A DNA stretch of 32,000 nucleotides, from positions 1 to 32,000 of the forward strand of contig JBNKZD010000210.1 in NCBI GenBank assembly GCA_050301235.1, given 5' to 3'. This DNA is from Chitinispirillaceae bacterium. GTDB taxonomy: Bacteria; Fibrobacterota; Chitinivibrionia; Chitinivibrionales; Chitinispirillaceae. Below are positions 8,151-17,002 of this stretch, in pieces. The notes under the pieces were generated by a model. That model saw only the letters and a program-made list of their open reading frames with translations. It was not told where the DNA came from and searched no databases. Position 1 is the first letter of the stretch; the number at the start of each line of letters is the position of its first letter. The position numbers and the translations under genes are program-made.

Positions 8151-10403
8151 ATGAACAATCTGAAACACTCACTACTATTCATTTTGATTGTACTGCTGTC
8201 GCAAGCTGCAGGAATTGAAACAGATACGATATTCCCCGTTCCCGATATTCTTAAAAACAACGTGGCATTCTGGAAAAAAATTTATACCGAAATCTCTTTG
8301 AATGAAGGTGTTATTCATGATCGGGACTATCCCCTGGTGATCTATGAACGGTTAAAAGGCGATTACAACTCACCATCAGTTAAAGCGCGAAAGGATGCTA
8401 TAGCTGCATCATTGCGTTCGATAGTATCAAAACATGGCACTGGCCTCACCAAAGAGGAAGAAGCACTCTTCAAAATTTACAAAGAGTATGGTGATACAAC
8501 AGTTCTCAATGAAGCTGCAGACCGGATACGGTTTCAAATGGGACAGAAAGAGCGTTTTAAAGAGGGACTTGAACGATCAGGCCTCTATCTGGACACCATT
8601 CGTCAGATACTGAAAACATATGGAGTCCCTCAACGACTTGCATATCTTCCTCATGTTGAATCGTCATTCAATACTGAAGCATATTCCAAAGTTGGTGCAG
8701 CAGGACTCTGGCAGTTTATGCGCGGTACAGGGAAAATTTACGGAATGAAAATAGATTACTCCATTGATGAGCGGCGTGACCCGATAATCGCCAGTGTCGC
8801 AGCAGCAAAATACCTCTCCTCTGCCTATGCTGAACTTAAATCATGGCCGCTTGCAATCACCTCCTATAATCACGGTGTCTATGGGATGAAACGAGCTGTT
8901 GCAAAAACCGGCTCAAATGACATATCTGTAATAATCCAGAAATATTCAAGTCGTTCATTCCGGTTTGCATCAAGTAATTTCTACGGTTGTTTTTTGGCCG
9001 CAAGCGAGATTGCTGGTAATTATAAGATCCATTTCCCCGGAATAGTACTGCTTCCAGCTATCAAATTTACTGATACAAAACTGCCCTATTTCATAACACC
9101 AGACCTGCTCTGCACACTCGTCGGCATCACCCCCCAGCAACTGGCATCTCTTAACCCTGCAATACGCTCTTCAGTTTTTGAACAGAAAAAAAGATTACCA
9201 AAAGGCCTTGTACTCCATTTACCGGCAACTATCCGTAAGGAAAATATTCAGGTTGCATTCAATACACTTCCTGATTCTCTCAGGCAGTTAGGTCCCGAGC
9301 GCTCCAGTTATTACACTATCAACAAAGGTGACAACCTCTATAATATTGCAAGTCGACTTGGGGTCTCAGTAAAAGATCTTGCACTTGAAAATAACATAAC
9401 CAAGTATAACAGAATCTATGCCGGACAGGTTCTCCATGTGCCGGGTTCAGTAGCAGCGACAAAACCGATCGAAGTCGCTTCAACAGCTAAACCGGCAACT
9501 AAAAAGGGAAAAAAACAGGTGGAAACGGTTGTGGAATCCACACAGATTGAAGCAGCTGTAGAAATTGCTCAGGCTGAACTGGCTCAAATCACCCCTCCTG
9601 AAGACACTCCTCAGGTGGCGATGGCTGTAGCTCAGCTTTCAGAGTCACAGCAAACCAAGCCTGGCTCCACAAAACAGACGCCAGTAAAGGAAGCAAAAAT
9701 CGCTTCCACGAAAAAAGATGCTGTAAAGAGAGACACTACGCCGGTTGAACAGCTCAGCGATTCTCTTGAAGCTATCGCAATGGCACCGGCTCTTCCAGCA
9801 CCAGAGGTTTCATCAAAGACTAAACCGGTGTTGCCAACTGTGTTTGATGTCAGTCTCTACAACCTGGACGCAGTTATCTCATCGGGAGGCTCCCGGGCAG
9901 CAATTTATGTCAGCATCGATGAAACTATCGGCCATTACGCAGACTGGCTGGGCATTCCAACATGGCAGATCAGAAAGTTGAATGATATGGGACATGGTTC
10001 AAATATACGTGTCAATCAGAAGCTGATGATTCCTGTTGACAAACAGGATGCGCTCGACCGATTTTCATCAGCACGCCTTGAATACCATATGGCTATTGAG
10101 GAGGACTTTTATGCTCAGTACATGGTCTCTGATGTAAAATCTCACGTTGTAAAACGTGGTGAGACGATCTGGGATTTCTGTAATGATGGTGATGCAACAA
10201 TTCCTATCTGGCTGCTCAATAAGTATAATAAACAGGTTGATCTTGGTAAGTTAACACCCGGAATGACTGTCTGGATCCCTGAAATTTCTGAACTTACTCA
10301 GGAAGAGATTAATCGGCGCAATGCGATTCAGGCTCAACCAGCCCCACAGCCTGTGCGCATTCCAATTCAGCGATTGCCGCAGAAGAGTGAGATTACTCCC
10401 TAA
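8151..10403 (+). CDS. mltD: Membrane-bound lytic murein transglycosylase D-like protein (SLT domain plus LysM repeats)
   Basis: 750 aa with a signal peptide. SLT catalytic region ES...AGLWQFMRGTGKIYGM...AAAKYL...SYNHG. One clear LysM (YYTINKGDNLYNIASRLGVSVKDLALENNI...YAGQVLHVP) and two further LysM-like segments. A low-complexity Ala/Pro/Gln/Lys linker is present. Confidence 0.85.
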   Translation: MNNLKHSLLFILIVLLSQAAGIETDTIFPVPDILKNNVAFWKKIYTEISLNEGVIHDRDYPLVIYERLKGDYNSPSVKARKDAIAASLRSIVSKHGTGLTKEEEALFKIYKEYGDTTVLNEAADRIRFQMGQKERFKEGLERSGLYLDTIRQILKTYGVPQRLAYLPHVESSFNTEAYSKVGAAGLWQFMRGTGKIYGMKIDYSIDERRDPIIASVAAAKYLSSAYAELKSWPLAITSYNHGVYGMKRAVAKTGSNDISVIIQKYSSRSFRFASSNFYGCFLAASEIAGNYKIHFPGIVLLPAIKFTDTKLPYFITPDLLCTLVGITPQQLASLNPAIRSSVFEQKKRLPKGLVLHLPATIRKENIQVAFNTLPDSLRQLGPERSSYYTINKGDNLYNIASRLGVSVKDLALENNITKYNRIYAGQVLHVPGSVAATKPIEVASTAKPATKKGKKQVETVVESTQIEAAVEIAQAELAQITPPEDTPQVAMAVAQLSESQQTKPGSTKQTPVKEAKIASTKKDAVKRDTTPVEQLSDSLEAIAMAPALPAPEVSSKTKPVLPTVFDVSLYNLDAVISSGGSRAAIYVSIDETIGHYADWLGIPTWQIRKLNDMGHGSNIRVNQKLMIPVDKQDALDRFSSARLEYHMAIEEDFYAQYMVSDVKSHVVKRGETIWDFCNDGDATIPIWLLNKYNKQVDLGKLTPGMTVWIPEISELTQEEINRRNAIQAQPAPQPVRIPIQRLPQKSEITP

Positions 10404-10427
10404 TCTGTATAGATTTTCTTGTGCTGA

Positions 10428-10568
10428 TTAATTCCACAACGTAAGATACCTGAATCGCATCAGCCGGTCGTTGAGCGGAGTCGAAATGACAAGCGAGATG
10501 TGTGTAAAATGCGGCTGTCTCGACTCCGCTCGACGACCATTTGAGCAATTCAAACATTGTAGAATTAA
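10428..10568. repeat. ~140-bp imperfect palindromic element between convergent genes (probable bidirectional terminator or MITE-like element)
   Basis: Outer arms ttaattccacaacg (10428-10441) and cattgtagaattaa (10555-10568). Inner 19-nt arms ggtcgttgagcggagtcga (10466-10484) and tcgactccgctcgacgacc (10520-10538), with one G-U-compatible mismatch. Confidence 0.7.
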
Positions 10569-10578
10569 ACAAGGTTAA

Positions 10579-12138
10579 TCACTTAGTAATCAGCACCGGA
10601 ACTTGTTTTCGCGGATATGGTACATCTTTTTGTTTTGAATCAATGCGGACAAAATACATTCCTGATGATAATTTGTTTACAGGAAGTGTAATATTGTCGC
10701 CATAAGCAGAACAAGTTGTTATACGCTTCCCGCTGCAATCCATTAATTCGATATTCCGCACCCTGTTATAATTTGCATTCAAAATTTTTAGAGAAGACCC
10801 ATTTCTAATGACTGAAATGGGATCATCTTTTTTCTTTTTAATAGTTTGATGACTAATCCCAACTGAATCATCTTTTGCATCATAGCACACGCATTTTATA
10901 TGCTCATACATATCCAGGTACGCACTCCAATAAGTAATTACCCTGCATGGGAAAAAAACATTATCAATAGCAAGATTCCCTGTCGCGCCTTCTGCGCCCT
11001 GCACTTTCCATTCGATTTTGGCAAGCTTTGATGTGTTAAGTCCTTCCACAGCTGAATTAACCCAATCCTGATGAATTTTTAAAGAATCAAAGGGGATATT
11101 AACAGTCACCCACTTACCATTTGTCGGAGGGAATCGTCTGAAATGAACAACTCCGTTCCCACGTGAATCTTTTCTTTCCGGATAATTTTTATCTCCTACA
11201 TCCAGCATATCTCTAACTTCAAGTGCAACATATGAGATCTCACCTGTCGTATTATACTGAAAATACATATTTTTAACATTCTCTGTCTTAGCATCCCAAT
11301 AAGTTGCAGTTGAAGAATCGTATAAATTACAACCTATCCCGACAAATCCACGTTCATCAATATCAGTAGTAGTTTTCACGGATTCACCGATTCTGTAAGT
11401 TAGGAACGCGCCTTTATCCATACCACTATACCCCGTTCCATCGAGCAATTTCAATTCGTAAAGTCCATTTGGTGTACTTCTGGTTGCTCCATCAATTATG
11501 CTTGAAGAGCCGCCATATTGTATATCATCAAAAGCATACCAGAATGTGCCGGATGTAACTTTACTGTATTTTACTTCTTTATCAAATGAGTTAAATAGGG
11601 CATTTCCGGAGGATATTGAATCAATTTCAAAGGTCTGGACATTAAATGAAATAGCCAACGAGTCCCTTCGGGCTCTGATTTTAAATCTGATCGCCTCAGC
11701 TCCAGAAAGATCTACCCACTTACCAGAAGGTGCAATATTTGTCCCTATTCCCACAAATGGAACTGCATCCCAACCCGCAGGTGTTGTAAAAGCATCTCCA
11801 AATGTAAATGGCAATGTTGCAAAATGGTTTACACCTATAGAATCAGTACTGAATTTGTATGTTTTTACCTGATGCGTATCAGAAGTATCCCCCCTGAACA
11901 TCCTCGAGTGTATGGTATATGGGACATTAACAACAGATGCAACTGAGTGGGGAGCAGCCTGTGGACGATCGTTTGCCCCTACTCGATAATTATCATCATA
12001 GTAATACCAGGGGTAATCAAACTCATTAAATTTGTCATCGAACTTGGAATCGAGAACCAAATCTGCCCGAATACTATCTGAAAACAGAACCAGGACAAAA
12101 GCGATACTGATGCATACTGACATTTTGATATTAATCAA
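10579..12138 (-). CDS. Secreted protein with duplicated beta-sandwich (CBM/CIA30-like) modules and a T9SS-type C-terminal sorting domain
   Basis: 519 aa with a signal peptide (SVCISIAFVLVLFSDSIRA). An internal duplication ends in ...GNLAIDNVFF. The C-terminal ~80 aa (LKILNANYNRVRNIELMDCSGKRI...LSSGMYFVRIDSKQ...) matches the T9SS CTD pattern. An alternative start exists at 12123. Confidence 0.7.
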   Translation of the reverse strand: MINIKMSVCISIAFVLVLFSDSIRADLVLDSKFDDKFNEFDYPWYYYDDNYRVGANDRPQAAPHSVASVVNVPYTIHSRMFRGDTSDTHQVKTYKFSTDSIGVNHFATLPFTFGDAFTTPAGWDAVPFVGIGTNIAPSGKWVDLSGAEAIRFKIRARRDSLAISFNVQTFEIDSISSGNALFNSFDKEVKYSKVTSGTFWYAFDDIQYGGSSSIIDGATRSTPNGLYELKLLDGTGYSGMDKGAFLTYRIGESVKTTTDIDERGFVGIGCNLYDSSTATYWDAKTENVKNMYFQYNTTGEISYVALEVRDMLDVGDKNYPERKDSRGNGVVHFRRFPPTNGKWVTVNIPFDSLKIHQDWVNSAVEGLNTSKLAKIEWKVQGAEGATGNLAIDNVFFPCRVITYWSAYLDMYEHIKCVCYDAKDDSVGISHQTIKKKKDDPISVIRNGSSLKILNANYNRVRNIELMDCSGKRITTCSAYGDNITLPVNKLSSGMYFVRIDSKQKDVPYPRKQVPVLITK

Positions 12139-12224
12139 GGTAAAATCTCCTCTTTTTTTCAGCTATAATATGGATATTCGGGTATGCACTTTATTGGTAT
12201 CAGAACACTCAACGATTCACATAT

Positions 12225-12366
12225 CGCCTCACCTCACATTCGACTTCGCTCAGTGCAACGCCTCGGTCCCTCTCTCCATTAGTAAATGGAGAGGGGGAAG
12301 ATCAATAATCGCATTTTCTTACTCCCTTTCTCCACGAGTGGAGAGAGGGCTGGGGAGAGAGGCGAC
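12225..12366. repeat. Double-hairpin MITE-like repeat, copy 1
   Basis: Hairpin 1 is tccctctctccat-tagtaa-atggagaggggga (12267-12298). Hairpin 2 is ccctttctcca-cgag-tggagagaggg (12324-12349). Block 12322-12366 is nearly identical to 15721-15765. Block cctcggtccc.ctctccattagtaaat is also shared. Confidence 0.8.
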
Positions 12367-12515
12367 GGCGGATTCTGTGGTGCTTGAGTTGTCTGTTTAA
12401 AAAATGCTGCTTACACCAACCAAGTGCATACCCATATATGAATAAATGACTTAAGTATTTTAGTGCTGAATTAAAATTTCACCGTTCAAGTATATTAAAA
12501 GGACATCTCAGATAG

Positions 12516-13538
12516 TTAGTTCCTGCTGTATATTTTTTCGTAATGTAAGCCACCTGTTTCGATCGAATAATTCTGGACCGTTTTCAGCCCGTTTGCTACA
12601 AGTGTTCCCCGTAATTTCGTATCGTTAACTATTCTTTGTAATGTGGAACCTAAATGCTCCGGTTCACATATCAGGCCATTTTCATTATTAGTGATTATTT
12701 CCGAAATCCCCGGATTCGCAGTAGCAACAACCGCACATCCACACGCGGCAGCTTCAATAGCAGGCACACCAAACCCCTCATAAGAACTTGCCATACAATA
12801 GATCCATGATCGCTGATAGTGTTGCACAAGTTCCTGTTCACTGCATGTTTTAATATGGATGACATTTTTCCCTGCACAAGGTTGCGGTCCGATTACAGTA
12901 AGGGTACAATCGGGGTGTTCACGAAGAATCTGATTTTCAAATGTATTGAGAAGTAACCTTCCTCTCTTCCTGCTGTCAAGATCGCCAAGAAAGAGTATCG
13001 ATGGGTACGTTGTCTTTTTTGTGATTTCGTATCTGTACAGATCAAGTGAAACAGAACAATTTATTACCCTGTTTATTCGAGGAAGTCGTTTACGAGTTGC
13101 ATCAGAAATGCCAATACAAATACCTTTTTTAAAACAGGAGATCCATTCAAAAAAGTAAAAGAGTGATTGATACAACCAACGTGAAATTGTCGTTGCATGA
13201 AGCGCTTCATCAAGAGCAGATCCGTAGAATGTTCTTACCCTGTTTTTCCTTCCCCTGCAAAGGTAATCGTCACCATGATAATGAACGATATCAAACATAC
13301 CGACTGGAATTTTTCTGAACGCGATTGCCGGATAGACTTTTTGAAAGAAACGGTTACCTGTTTTCCATGGGAGCTGAACAACTTCATATAGTGCATCGGA
13401 AGGTTTCGGACTGAAAGTGAAGCAGGTCACCGAATGTCCATTCTTAACCAACTGTTGTGCCAGGCGATGGACCTGAACCGACACCCCTGATGGTTTATCT
13501 GAAGGAAGGTATTTACTGAAAAATGCTACTGTACTCAT
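12516..13538 (-). CDS. Glycosyltransferase family 4 (GT-B, GT1 superfamily)
   Basis: 340 aa. The C-terminal motif SSYEGFGVPAIEAAACGCAVVAT...GISEII...NGLI is typical of GT4 enzymes. Confidence 0.8.
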   Translation of the reverse strand: MSTVAFFSKYLPSDKPSGVSVQVHRLAQQLVKNGHSVTCFTFSPKPSDALYEVVQLPWKTGNRFFQKVYPAIAFRKIPVGMFDIVHYHGDDYLCRGRKNRVRTFYGSALDEALHATTISRWLYQSLFYFFEWISCFKKGICIGISDATRKRLPRINRVINCSVSLDLYRYEITKKTTYPSILFLGDLDSRKRGRLLLNTFENQILREHPDCTLTVIGPQPCAGKNVIHIKTCSEQELVQHYQRSWIYCMASSYEGFGVPAIEAAACGCAVVATANPGISEIITNNENGLICEPEHLGSTLQRIVNDTKLRGTLVANGLKTVQNYSIETGGLHYEKIYSRN

Positions 13539-14474
13539 TTACAAGAACAGAACCTTTTTGTATTTAATTGATCCATATAGCAACGCGCCTGTTAATACAA
13601 CCGGGGCAAAAATCACAGATACCATCTCTTTTACCAGACTGGCAGGCGCAACAGGTTTCAACTCAGTTCTACGCAATGTAAAAAGCAGTGCAATAATCGT
13701 TGAGATCGAAGCTGCGCGACGAAAACTGAACAAACCTGCAATCATTAAAAATACCGGAAGAAATATCACAGAACTTATGAGTATCGATAGGGGAAATGGT
13801 GATTTTATATATTGACGATACAGTTCCGGATACTTTTTATAGAGAAGTGGATCAAATCGTCTATTGATACAGTTTTTTAAAAGATCCCAGGGCTCCCCCT
13901 CACGGAACCGATGACTCAATCGTATATCCCTGCAATACTCAATTTTTTTCCCGATAGAAAGGAGTGAAAATGCCAGATCAATGTCTTCCCTTTGAACAGA
14001 AAAACGCGTGTCAAAAAGCCCAACTTCAACAAGGTCTGATTTCCGGTAAAAAATATTATTTGTCCTGAACCCCTGTTTTTCAAGTCGCCGGTATTCTTTC
14101 AGTATCCGTCCATCACCTTCGTAATCGATAGTAGTGTACCCTTCCACCCCTGCCACACTCTGATTTTTATCGAGATACGCCACACCATCTGCAGCCCATG
14201 TCAATGATGGTTTACAATCATCATCAATAAATGCCACATAAATCCCGTTTGCATTACGTATTCCCTCATTTCGCTTTTTACTGATACTGAGATCCGGATA
14301 AAAAAACCATCTGATTTCCGGGTATTTTTCAGACAATGCGACATTTGGATAATCCGTAACAATGATTACCTCATACTCTGCGTGACCGATACTATTCTGG
14401 GAAAGAAGTAAACCAGCAAGTTCATCTATCCATTTTTTTCGATGTGATGCAACAACGATTGAAAGATTTGGCAT
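13539..14474 (-). CDS. Glycosyltransferase family 2 with C-terminal transmembrane segments
   Basis: 311 aa. N-terminal LSIVVASH...YEVIIVTD and AFIDDDC (DXD) motifs. Two hydrophobic C-terminal helices. It directly abuts the GT4 gene. Confidence 0.8.
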   Translation of the reverse strand: MPNLSIVVASHRKKWIDELAGLLLSQNSIGHAEYEVIIVTDYPNVALSEKYPEIRWFFYPDLSISKKRNEGIRNANGIYVAFIDDDCKPSLTWAADGVAYLDKNQSVAGVEGYTTIDYEGDGRILKEYRRLEKQGFRTNNIFYRKSDLVEVGLFDTRFSVQREDIDLAFSLLSIGKKIEYCRDIRLSHRFREGEPWDLLKNCINRRFDPLLYKKYPELYRQYIKSPFPLSILISSVIFLPVFLMIAGLFSFRRAASISTIIALLFTLRRTELKPVAPASLVKEMVSVIFAPVVLTGALLYGSIKYKKVLFL

Positions 14475-14792
14475 TTTTTAATCCAGCGAGGCCTCAAATG
14501 AGTTTATGCATACGCGCACTGCAAACCTCAAAATACATTTCTAACCTTTAACAATTTAATCAGTAACTTATTTATCAGACGGACATGCTACACATATTAT
14601 ACAGTATATATCCTGACATACTCTTAAAAAAATTAACAACAATCTTCATTCGACCACATCTTTTATTGCTTTGAATGAGAAAAACAGCTATATTTCGTTA
14701 TGTGACGAATTATGAAGATAGGTCGGTAACAGATATAGATGCCAAATATATAAGCTAGCATCTTCCATTAAAACCGAAGAAAGAGTTCCAAT

Positions 14793-15206
14793 ATGATGGA
14801 AAAAACTGAAAAAAAAATGGAACTATTAGTGGATATTGCCAAAGCGCTTTCCGATTCAAACCGGGTCCGCGCACTTGCGGCATTGCAACATGGCGAATTA
14901 TGTGTATGCCAGCTGATCGAATTACTGAAACTGGCGCCATCAACCGTCTCAAAACACATGTCAATTCTTAAACAAGCTGGTCTGGTAGAGAGCAGAAAAG
15001 ACAGCAGGTGGGTTTATTACCGGCTGCCCGAACAGGGTGTGCATCTGTTAGCAGACCGCATTATTGATCTGACACAGACATATATTGAAAATGACCTGCG
15101 TATATTAAGGGACAAAAACGAACTGCTGCACATCCGGAGCAGTGGAAACATCCCATTATGTAATGTAAAATATTCAGGTATGGTCAAAGGAGATTGTTGT
15201 GAATAA
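14793..15206 (+). CDS. arsR: ArsR/SmtB-family arsenic-responsive repressor
   Basis: 137 aa. Winged-HTH with the ELCVCQL metal(loid)-binding motif and LAPSTVSKHMSILKQAGLV. The C-terminal tail ends in vicinal Cys (GDCCE). It is the first gene of the ars cluster. Confidence 0.85.
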   Translation: MMEKTEKKMELLVDIAKALSDSNRVRALAALQHGELCVCQLIELLKLAPSTVSKHMSILKQAGLVESRKDSRWVYYRLPEQGVHLLADRIIDLTQTYIENDLRILRDKNELLHIRSSGNIPLCNVKYSGMVKGDCCE

Positions 15207-15630
15207 ATTAAAAATCCTTTTTCTCTGTACCGGTAATTCATGCCGCAGCCAGATGGCTGAAGGATGGGCTAAAAAACTTAAAAATGATATCATCGAGCCC
15301 TATTCTGCCGGAATAGAGACGCACGGAATGAACCCCAACGCTGTACGTGTAATGTCTGAATCGGGAGTTGACATTTCAAGCCACCATTCCAAGCATCTGA
15401 ATGAAATCAAAGATGTCCCGTTTGACTGGGTAATTACCGTTTGTGATAATGCCAATGAAAGCTGCCCGGTTTTTCCTGGAAATGTAAAGCGCTTTCATAT
15501 CAGCTTTGATGATCCGCCGAAACTTGCGAAAAGTGCAAAATCAGAGCAGGAAGCACTTGATTGTTACCGGCGGGTACGGGATCAGATCAGGAATTTTGTA
15601 AAGAAATTACCTGGAGTACTTGAAGAATAG
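15199..15630 (+). CDS. arsC: Arsenate reductase, thioredoxin-coupled LMW-PTPase type
   Basis: 143 aa. P-loop LFLCTGNSCRSQMAEGW (CX5R). Downstream Cys pair in TVCDNANESCP, as in the pI258-type ArsC. GTG start with a GGAG RBS, overlapping arsR by 8 nt. Confidence 0.85.
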   Translation: MNKLKILFLCTGNSCRSQMAEGWAKKLKNDIIEPYSAGIETHGMNPNAVRVMSESGVDISSHHSKHLNEIKDVPFDWVITVCDNANESCPVFPGNVKRFHISFDDPPKLAKSAKSEQEALDCYRRVRDQIRNFVKKLPGVLEE

Positions 15631-15650
15631 AAATTCACGGTTTTCGCGTG

Positions 15651-15764
15651 CGCCTCACCCCCTCGGTCCCCCTCTCCATTAGTAAATAAAGAGGAGGAGG
15701 TGGGAAGAAAAATGCGCAGGCTCCCTTTCTCCACGAGTGGAGAGAGGATTGGGGTGAGAGGCGA
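15651..15764. repeat. Double-hairpin MITE-like repeat, copy 2 (inside the ars operon, between arsC and acr3)
   Basis: It shares the blocks cctcggtcccc-ctctccattagtaaat and ctccctttctccacgagtggagagag..tgggg.gagaggcga with 12225-12366. Hairpin 1 is degenerate here and hairpin 2 is intact. The ends cgcctcaccc / ggggtgagaggcg are inverted. Confidence 0.8.
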
Positions 15765-15873
15765 GAAGAATGGTATGAGCGCTGAGATTGCATAATTCGC
15801 GCTCGCCTACCCCCGAGCTGAACATGGGCGTCAACTTAATATTAACAATGAATAATGTCCTGGAGATGACACA

Positions 15874-16941
15874 ATGCAGAAAGCCAAAAACAACGAAATC
15901 AGCTTTTTTGAAAAATATCTCACCATATGGGTCATTCTATGTATGGTTACAGGAGTACTCATTGGTAAATTTTATCCATCACTTCCGGCTTTTTTATCAC
16001 AGTTTGAATATGCGAATGTCTCGATTCCTATCGCAATACTTATCTGGTTGATGATTTACCCGATGATGATGAAAGTTGATTTTGTCAGCATAAAAAATGT
16101 TCGCAAAAATCCAAAAGGACTCTACGTAACCTGGATCGCTAACTGGTTGATCAAACCATTTACAATGTATGCGATAGCATGGTTCTTTTTTTATGTTGTA
16201 TTCAAGAGCTTTATTTCACCGGATCTTGCTAAAAGTTATCTCGCTGGTGCTATATTATTAGGTGCCGCACCATGCACAGCAATGGTATTTGTCTGGAGTC
16301 ATCTGACAAAAGGAAATCCTGCGTATACGGTGGTACAGGTTGCTACAAATGACCTGATTATTCTTGTTGCATTTACACCGATAGTAGGGCTGCTTCTTGG
16401 TATTGGCGGGATTACGATTCCATGGAATACGCTATTGCTATCAGTTCTCCTGTTCGTTGTTATTCCTTTGACAGCGGGATTTATTACGAGGATACAGGTT
16501 ATTAAATCTAAAGGTGACGAATATTTCAGAAAATCATTTTTACCCAAATTTAACAATGTTACTATTGGCGGATTATTACTGACACTTATTCTCATTTTCT
16601 CATTCCAGGGAGAGGTTATAACAAACAATCCCTGGCACATTCTGCTCATTGCAGTTCCACTCACACTGCAAACTGTTTTTATTTTTTTCCTTTCCTATCT
16701 GGGAGCAAGATGGCTGCGACTGAGTCATGATATTGCTGCACCGGCAAGTATGATTGGCGCTTCTAATTTTTTTGAGCTTTCAGTAGCGGTGGCCATATCA
16801 CTCTTCGGAACATCATCACCTGCTGCATTGGCGACAATAGTCGGAGTCCTCGTTGAAGTACCGGTTATGCTATTACTGGTAAATATCGCAAACCATACAA
16901 CACACTGGTTTTCAGGTGAAAAGAAACTCGATTTGACTTAA
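15874..16941 (+). CDS. acr3: ACR3-family arsenite efflux transporter
   Basis: 355 aa polytopic membrane protein. The N-terminus ISFFEKYLTIWVILCMVTGVLIG...IAILIWLMIYPMMMKVDF is characteristic of Acr3. A GGAG RBS lies 8 nt upstream. Confidence 0.9.
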   Translation: MQKAKNNEISFFEKYLTIWVILCMVTGVLIGKFYPSLPAFLSQFEYANVSIPIAILIWLMIYPMMMKVDFVSIKNVRKNPKGLYVTWIANWLIKPFTMYAIAWFFFYVVFKSFISPDLAKSYLAGAILLGAAPCTAMVFVWSHLTKGNPAYTVVQVATNDLIILVAFTPIVGLLLGIGGITIPWNTLLLSVLLFVVIPLTAGFITRIQVIKSKGDEYFRKSFLPKFNNVTIGGLLLTLILIFSFQGEVITNNPWHILLIAVPLTLQTVFIFFLSYLGARWLRLSHDIAAPASMIGASNFFELSVAVAISLFGTSSPAALATIVGVLVEVPVMLLLVNIANHTTHWFSGEKKLDLT

Positions 16942-17002
16942 TGTTTTGTACTAAAATTCTTTTTTAAACCATTTTTTTTACTCAAACAACTTGAGGTCTG
17001 TT

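Noticed and set aside
12032-12400. 122-aa plus-strand ORF (and the similar ORF at 15788..16051)
   Set aside because: The reading frames run through the double-hairpin repeat elements (peptides such as SLSPRVERGLGRE). They overlap or abut real genes and have no RBS, so they are most likely artefacts of the repeats.
14700-14792. Short inverted repeat agatgc...gcatct upstream of arsR as an ArsR operator
   Set aside because: It has only 6-bp arms in AT-rich sequence. I cannot distinguish this from chance without comparative or binding data.
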